From IMG/VR virus record IMGVR_UViG_3300021400_000529, positions 64,001 to 128,000 of that record: a DNA stretch of 64,000 nucleotides. One strand, 5' to 3'. Positions within the stretch are counted from its first letter, which is position 1. Each line of letters starts with the position of its first letter. The position numbers and the translations under genes are program-made. This DNA is from a virus (lineage: Duplodnaviria; Caudoviricetes). The notes beneath the pieces were generated by a model. The model searched no databases. It was not told the DNA's origin and worked only from the letters and a program-made list of their open reading frames with translations. This document shows positions 58,209 to 64,000 of this stretch, piece by piece.

Positions 58209-59718
58209 TAATTTCTCAAAAGGAGATATTATACTAAAACCGGATGGTAACAGAATAACAAGACAATCATTGCTTGCTGATGCCATATCATATTATCAGG
58301 AAAAGTACCAACAAAACTTGACAGATGTATGTGATTTCAGTGAAGGTAGTGAGATTAGAACATTGCATGAAAGTTTCTTGGTGGAACTATTCAGTTTGTA
58401 CCGGGAAATGTTCAGAACAGCAAAAATGAAATTTGTTCTGGATAGTGAGGGAGAATACTTGGATAGATTGGGATGTGAATATCATCTTAGACGTCAAACT
58501 GGTAAACAAGCAATGGGTAGTGTAACATTCAGTGCTAAAGATTTAAGAAGTGGTAACATCACAATACCTCAAGGAACAATAATTTTAAACAGAAAAACTG
58601 GTTATGAATACCGATTAGACCATAATGTTACCATTACTGGAACATCTACTCCGACAAATGGTACTGTTCATAGTGTTTATGAAGGTTCTCAATATAATGC
58701 AAAGGCCAATGAATTAACAGCTTTTGAGGATGTTTCCACATTTAACAGGACAGTTAATGTTACGAATAATGGTCCTATTACTGGTGGTTTGGATAAGGAG
58801 AATGATGCTGATTTTCGTACACGAATTTTAAATGCTAAACGTGAGAAAAGTTGGGGGACAGTTCCGGTGTATAGTAATCTGATAAGGAATGCTATAAATT
58901 CATATAATATTAATAATGAAGATCTTTCTAATATGGGACTTGTTTATGGTACTTTCCAGTATGGTGTTCATGATGTGCAGTTTATTGATCCGAAGTTTTT
59001 GATGGAAGATGAGAAACGTCCTCCTCATTACAAGGATGGTACTAAGTGGGAAGATCTTGTTAATGCTAGTTTTGATGATAGGAAAAAGCATTATTGTACT
59101 GATTGTTCAAGGGTTTTGTTTGTGAATGGTAATATGAAGCCTTGTAGTGATGAGTTGTTGAAGAATGTGGAGTATGTGATTAGTCAACAGAATAATCTTG
59201 TTATTGGTCATAATTTTCATGTGCAAGCTGCTGAGATTATTCCCGTGTATTTGAGTATTGAAATGTTTTGTAGTGTTCATGTTACTGAGGATACTGTTTA
59301 TCGTCATTTGGCTTGTTTTTTTAATGGTGGTACTGTTGAGGGTAAGAGTGGTTCTGTGAATTATGGTGGTGTGAATATTGGTGAAACTATTCCTAAGAGT
59401 TATTTGTTAGATGTTTTGGAGAATATTCCTGGTGTTGAGCAAGTGGGTAGTATTCATCGGTTGAAGTATGATAATACTCTTGATCAGTATAATAATTGGA
59501 TTGATAATGTTGATAATACTTATACTTATACTGATGATGAGGGTTATAATTTCACTAGAGGTACTAAAGCGGAGGATACTATTAATTTTTGGGGTTGGAC
59601 TAATTTTAGTAATTTAACTTGTGAATGCGGGCAAGTATTTACGGTTGGAAGTAAAAAGGAAGCAGATAAACATTCTGAAAACATGTTTGATTTGGATATA
59701 CATATATTGAAAGGGTAA
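58201..59718 (+). CDS. Baseplate J-like wedge protein
   Basis: GEYLDRLG...R....A.G.V.F, IPQGT and ITGGLDKENDADFRTRI motifs. Confidence 0.85.
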   Translation: MTNNFSKGDIILKPDGNRITRQSLLADAISYYQEKYQQNLTDVCDFSEGSEIRTLHESFLVELFSLYREMFRTAKMKFVLDSEGEYLDRLGCEYHLRRQTGKQAMGSVTFSAKDLRSGNITIPQGTIILNRKTGYEYRLDHNVTITGTSTPTNGTVHSVYEGSQYNAKANELTAFEDVSTFNRTVNVTNNGPITGGLDKENDADFRTRILNAKREKSWGTVPVYSNLIRNAINSYNINNEDLSNMGLVYGTFQYGVHDVQFIDPKFLMEDEKRPPHYKDGTKWEDLVNASFDDRKKHYCTDCSRVLFVNGNMKPCSDELLKNVEYVISQQNNLVIGHNFHVQAAEIIPVYLSIEMFCSVHVTEDTVYRHLACFFNGGTVEGKSGSVNYGGVNIGETIPKSYLLDVLENIPGVEQVGSIHRLKYDNTLDQYNNWIDNVDNTYTYTDDEGYNFTRGTKAEDTINFWGWTNFSNLTCECGQVFTVGSKKEADKHSENMFDLDIHILKG

Positions 59719-60167
59719 TAAAAAAAAAAGAGTGAATTCCTTTTCTTGTTTTATATTTTATTGTAAAGTAAAAAGGTTTATATATGATTTAGAGTATATA
59801 ATAGAACATAAAGAGAGAACTGGTGTTAAAAAATATATACATGGATATTTACTCCTAAAAAAGTTTGATTAAAAAAAAAACGGTTGTAAATATATTATAC
59901 CGCAATATTGTTTCATTATTTCAATATTTGTTAAATTTTATTGATTTAGATTGACTCACATCTAAAATAATGTAAATTGTTTAAGTCATTGAATTTAAAA
60001 ACATAATTCCTTTCTCAAAGCGTTTAAAAAGTTTCTGTAAAATACTTCTTTGCTAAGATTACTAAACATATATATACTCTAAAAAGTAGGATGTAAATAT
60101 TCCATGACCCCTTTTTTATCACTTGCTCTTTATATTATAATAAATATTTTTTGGAGACTATTATTTT

Positions 60168-60377
60168 ATGACAGAATTACCAAAAGCACCAATTACTAGA
60201 ATTTGTAAAAATTGTGGTGCTGAAAGAATAAGTAAAGATGCTGAAGCACTTTTAACTAAAGCAGTAGAAGATTACACTAAAAAATTAAGTGAAGCTATCA
60301 TTGATGTTAGTAAACATGCTGGTAGAAAAACTATTCAACCTGATGATATTGAAATAGTTTTAAAACATTTCAATTAG
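60168..60377 (+). CDS. Archaeal histone (HMfA/HMfB type)
   Basis: ELPKAPITRI...GAERIS.DA ... HAGRKTI..DDIE; 69 aa; GGAGA RBS; isolated by non-coding flanks. Confidence 0.92.
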   Translation: MTELPKAPITRICKNCGAERISKDAEALLTKAVEDYTKKLSEAIIDVSKHAGRKTIQPDDIEIVLKHFN

Positions 60378-60648
60378 GAAACAAGTTCTACTAAGAGAAC
60401 ATTTTATATTTAACTATAATTAACTAACAACCCTTCACCACCCTCTTGAATTAAAAAAAAGTGGAATTTTCTATTCCCATACTATTTTACTCGTTTTAAT
60501 ATTTTTGTATGATATTTATTATTTCTTTTTAGGAACATAAAATTATAACAATTACACTTACCATCATATGGAATAAAAAAAAAGAAGATTTTTAACCACA
60601 AAAAATGGGGACAATACAAACATTTTTTTTTGAGGAACAATAAGAATA

Positions 60649-61602
60649 ATGCCTGATGAAAATAAATTAAATATAGAAACTGATTACTGGGAAGCAATTA
60701 AGAATAGGTTACATGAAGAAAGTGCACTTCAACATCCAGACAATGGTGTAGCACCAATTCTTAAACTAATAATTAATTACACATTGAATAAATTCAGTGA
60801 AGATAATATACTATTTCTTGATCAAGGATTTATACTTACAGCAAGTGGATTGTACCTTGACATTTATGGTCATGAATTAGGATTACCACGAAAAGAAGGA
60901 GAATATGCAACAGGTATTGTGGAATTTTCATTAAACAGAGAAATTCCAAAAACACAGGAACCTGTTAAATTAGAAAACGAAGTAGAAAATGGTATTGTTT
61001 ATGATTACCGTCCTGAAGAATTTCAAACACTACTTGACAGAATTAATGCTGAAAGAATAGAGGATGATTCTGTTGAAACTATTTTTGAAGTTCGACCAGC
61101 AACCAACACATTCACTATTCCGGAAGGAACATCTATCTTTTCAGAAACTGGATTTGAATACCTTTTACTTGATGATGTGACATTCAATAAGGGAGATACT
61201 ATTCGTGAAGGAAGAGTGAAAGCATTAGAAAGTGGACAACGATACAATGTTGGAGTCAATGAATTAATATTATTTAATGCCGATTCAGTTGATAAAGATT
61301 TAGCAGTGACCAATCCAAAAAGTATTACTGGTGGAAAGGATGGAGAATCAGATACTGAATATGGTCAAAGATTACTTAATAATAATAGTGTTAACATAAG
61401 TGTCAACTACCTAAAACGACAGGGTATTGTTATTTATACGAAGGGTGAAAGGGATGAAGATATTCGTACCAAGATGACTAGCTTCAATCCATACTTATTC
61501 AATGAATATGCTTTAATTCCTCCAAACAATGAAGTTGCTGATTATACACTTCATGAGTTAATTGTAAATGATTGGACAATGGTTTATATAAAAGGGTGGT
61601 GA
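60649..61602 (+). CDS. Second, shorter baseplate J-like protein
   Basis: TASGLYLD.YG...R..G..A.G, IPEGT and ITGGKDGESDTEYGQRL motifs. Confidence 0.75.
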   Translation: MPDENKLNIETDYWEAIKNRLHEESALQHPDNGVAPILKLIINYTLNKFSEDNILFLDQGFILTASGLYLDIYGHELGLPRKEGEYATGIVEFSLNREIPKTQEPVKLENEVENGIVYDYRPEEFQTLLDRINAERIEDDSVETIFEVRPATNTFTIPEGTSIFSETGFEYLLLDDVTFNKGDTIREGRVKALESGQRYNVGVNELILFNADSVDKDLAVTNPKSITGGKDGESDTEYGQRLLNNNSVNISVNYLKRQGIVIYTKGERDEDIRTKMTSFNPYLFNEYALIPPNNEVADYTLHELIVNDWTMVYIKGW

Positions 61603-61608
61603 TGTTTT

Positions 61609-63978
61609 TTGGAATATTTGGAAAATGATTTTGCACAGATTGAACATATTAATCAAGTAATTGCTAATAATTTGGATCATGAAAGTTGGGATTGTTTTGA
61701 TACTTATGAATTGTTAAGACAGTTTCCACATCTTGGCACGTTTCAAGAGGGTAAGCCTGAACAAAGTTTTCTGGTAATCCCTGATAATGTAAAGAATATT
61801 TATGATGAACCTGTGAATGGGTTTAGTTTCATAAGGTATAATTCTTTTATTATTTCCATTAAAAAGGGTACTGTTAAGGAAAATGGGAAGAATGTTGAGT
61901 ATTATGAGTATACTTTTGAAGTAAGAAATACTTTATGGGATGGTACTTATAAGATTTCCAAGACTTTTAAGGATAAAAATGGAGAATATGTTAAGTTTGC
62001 AGAGGAAGAGTTTACTGTAACTCAGAGTGATGATGAACTTGACAAATCAGCAGAAAACCTTAATACAATTGTTGTAACTGTTTTTGGTAATGATAAAAAT
62101 AAGTTACGTGTTTGTTTCCATATGAATATGGCTGGTAGTGGAAGAATCATTGATTTCACTTCACTTCCGCTTGTTTTGGATAGTAAAACAGATTTTGTTC
62201 ATCAGTATGATACAGTTAATTATGAAAAAGCTACCGTGTCCTTGAGTAATGGTAGGGAAGGTAAGAATATTAATGTGGAATTAGTTCCATGTGATGAAGC
62301 TGGACGAAAAATTACCTATGATGCTACAAAAGTTGGACCATATTTACCACCACAAACATTTAAGGGTGTTAAAAAGGAATTCAATGTTACCTATGGTGAA
62401 ACAAGTGTTCCTGGTGATTATTATTGTAAATTATCGGCTTCTTCAACTGAAAAAACTATTAAACCAGCTGCTGATAAAATAATTCATGTTAAGAAAGTGC
62501 AGAATGAGAAAGCTGTACTGGATTGGGGTGATGACAGTCTTTATAAGAACATTTACAAAGGTTGTAGACATAAATACAGATTAAAATTCAATCTTCAAAA
62601 CGAGATGGGTGGTCAAGGAAAAGCAGAAAAACTGTTAGATATTCCAGTAACTGTTACATTCGTTCAAGCCAGTGGTAAAAAAACTGTTTATGATTCAGCA
62701 ATTAAGAAAGATGAATCCAATAATGAATATTACATTGAAGTAACAGTTTCTTATAGGAATTATTATGAAGACCATAGTCGGTTAAGTGTTGAACTTAGTT
62801 CTGATTATGGTTTTGGAAGGATACAAACAGAAAAACTAATTAAACATCCATGGTTTATTGCAGATACTTATGATGACATTGTTTCCCAGTTATACTTAAC
62901 CAATAATGAGGGAAAGTATGTGAATGAAAAAGGTGTTGTTGTAACAGATCCTGTGGAAAATTATTATGGAACAGATTTTGTATTTGTTAAAAACAAAACA
63001 TATAATGTTAATAAATCCTTATTAATTAATCGTGATTTCACACTTGCTTCTGTTATTGGAAAGGAAAACAATTATGCTACATTTGAAGGCAATTATTATA
63101 CAATTATCAAAACTGTTAATCCATCTCCTTCAAGTTCTAATTTGACAAAGGTTAATCTTGTTGGTTTAAGATTTATGCATGGTGGTTGTGCTATTCATTC
63201 AAGTGCTGGAACAAGATTACTTATAGACCGTTGTATATTCACACAGAATCAGCATGAAGATAAACATCATAAAGGATGTAGTGTTTACATACCTGAAACT
63301 GATTACAGTGTTAAACATCCTGAATTATGGAAAACAGAAATACGGAACAGTCACTTTGAAAACAACAGAGGAAATGAAATACAGAGCATTGGTACAACAA
63401 GAATTATTTATAATAAATTTGTTACAACGGCTTCTAAGTGGTTACAACAACCTGAAGTTAAAGTTGTTAGTGTAAAAGGAGGTAGTACCTATTATGCTAA
63501 TAATATTTCATACATTAACACTGGTAAAAAACCAATGGTATCTAACCACAGTTATGCTAAAGCATTAGCTTATGTGGCTTGGGGTGCTACATTTAATGGT
63601 GCTGGTCCAAGATCATTACAGGGTTATAATGCCTTACCATTATATAAAAATTATAATAACCAAGCATACACTTACAGTATTTATTATTATCCTTACGGAA
63701 ATGTTCGTACAAATATTGTATGTAGCCCAGAATGGGGTAAGGAAAGAAAAGCTACTGGTCACAGCAGTGCTATAGAGAATTGGGTTTATTATGATGGTTA
63801 TTACTTCCTTCGTTGGGAGGGTGGTAGAAATACTGGTAACACTCGTGACCCTTGGACTAAGGAAGAACTTGCACCACCTAAAATTCCTGGAATATACAGT
63901 ATTAATGGTGAGAAGTTTGTTGAGGATTATGACCCACGGATTGCTAAAGCAAAATGTTTAACAAGTTACTTTGATTAG
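61609..63978 (+). CDS. Tail fibre/adhesin with C-terminal right-handed beta-helix
   Basis: IDRCIFTQN and IRNSHFENN pectin-lyase-like repeats; GGTGGTGA RBS. Confidence 0.6.
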   Translation: MEYLENDFAQIEHINQVIANNLDHESWDCFDTYELLRQFPHLGTFQEGKPEQSFLVIPDNVKNIYDEPVNGFSFIRYNSFIISIKKGTVKENGKNVEYYEYTFEVRNTLWDGTYKISKTFKDKNGEYVKFAEEEFTVTQSDDELDKSAENLNTIVVTVFGNDKNKLRVCFHMNMAGSGRIIDFTSLPLVLDSKTDFVHQYDTVNYEKATVSLSNGREGKNINVELVPCDEAGRKITYDATKVGPYLPPQTFKGVKKEFNVTYGETSVPGDYYCKLSASSTEKTIKPAADKIIHVKKVQNEKAVLDWGDDSLYKNIYKGCRHKYRLKFNLQNEMGGQGKAEKLLDIPVTVTFVQASGKKTVYDSAIKKDESNNEYYIEVTVSYRNYYEDHSRLSVELSSDYGFGRIQTEKLIKHPWFIADTYDDIVSQLYLTNNEGKYVNEKGVVVTDPVENYYGTDFVFVKNKTYNVNKSLLINRDFTLASVIGKENNYATFEGNYYTIIKTVNPSPSSSNLTKVNLVGLRFMHGGCAIHSSAGTRLLIDRCIFTQNQHEDKHHKGCSVYIPETDYSVKHPELWKTEIRNSHFENNRGNEIQSIGTTRIIYNKFVTTASKWLQQPEVKVVSVKGGSTYYANNISYINTGKKPMVSNHSYAKALAYVAWGATFNGAGPRSLQGYNALPLYKNYNNQAYTYSIYYYPYGNVRTNIVCSPEWGKERKATGHSSAIENWVYYDGYYFLRWEGGRNTGNTRDPWTKEELAPPKIPGIYSINGEKFVEDYDPRIAKAKCLTSYFD

Positions 63979-64000
63979 GGGGAGTTGTGATTTGAAATTG

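Noticed and set aside
1-64000. CRISPR arrays, tRNA/rRNA genes, integrase, transposases, inteins, alternative genetic code
   Set aside because: None recognised by eye. Core genes are intact and of normal length under the standard code. Short RNA genes could have been missed.

Overview
This window is the morphogenesis (late) region of a large, AT-rich, contractile-tailed archaeal virus or provirus. The host is very probably a pseudomurein-walled methanogen (Methanobacteriales), because the window encodes pseudomurein-binding repeats, PeiR/PeiW-type peptidases, an archaeal Hjc resolvase and an HMf-type histone. Gene order: two ParB-like genes interleaved with a TGT/DpdA-like and a QueC-like gene; TerS, portal, MuF, TerL, protease/scaffold, major capsid; neck, sheath, tube, chaperone, tape measure; hub/baseplate, fibres and endolysin. 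Three systems stand out. (1) Ten genes interleaved with the head genes encode otherwise divergent proteins that all begin MGKNR. They include an ADP-ribosyltransferase-like protein and four lethal-factor-like zinc peptidases, and each intact peptidase has a convergent antisense partner from one small-protein family. This looks like a tagged, capsid-loaded effector/immunity arsenal. (2) Several Ig-repeat proteins begin with the second half and end with the first half of an Ig domain, suggesting fibres built by inter-subunit domain complementation. (3) Three tandem cassettes each carry a constant hub-like N-terminus fused to a different transglutaminase-like cell-wall peptidase, and each is followed by its own small partner gene. 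All functional calls come from reading motifs and synteny by eye; no searches were run.
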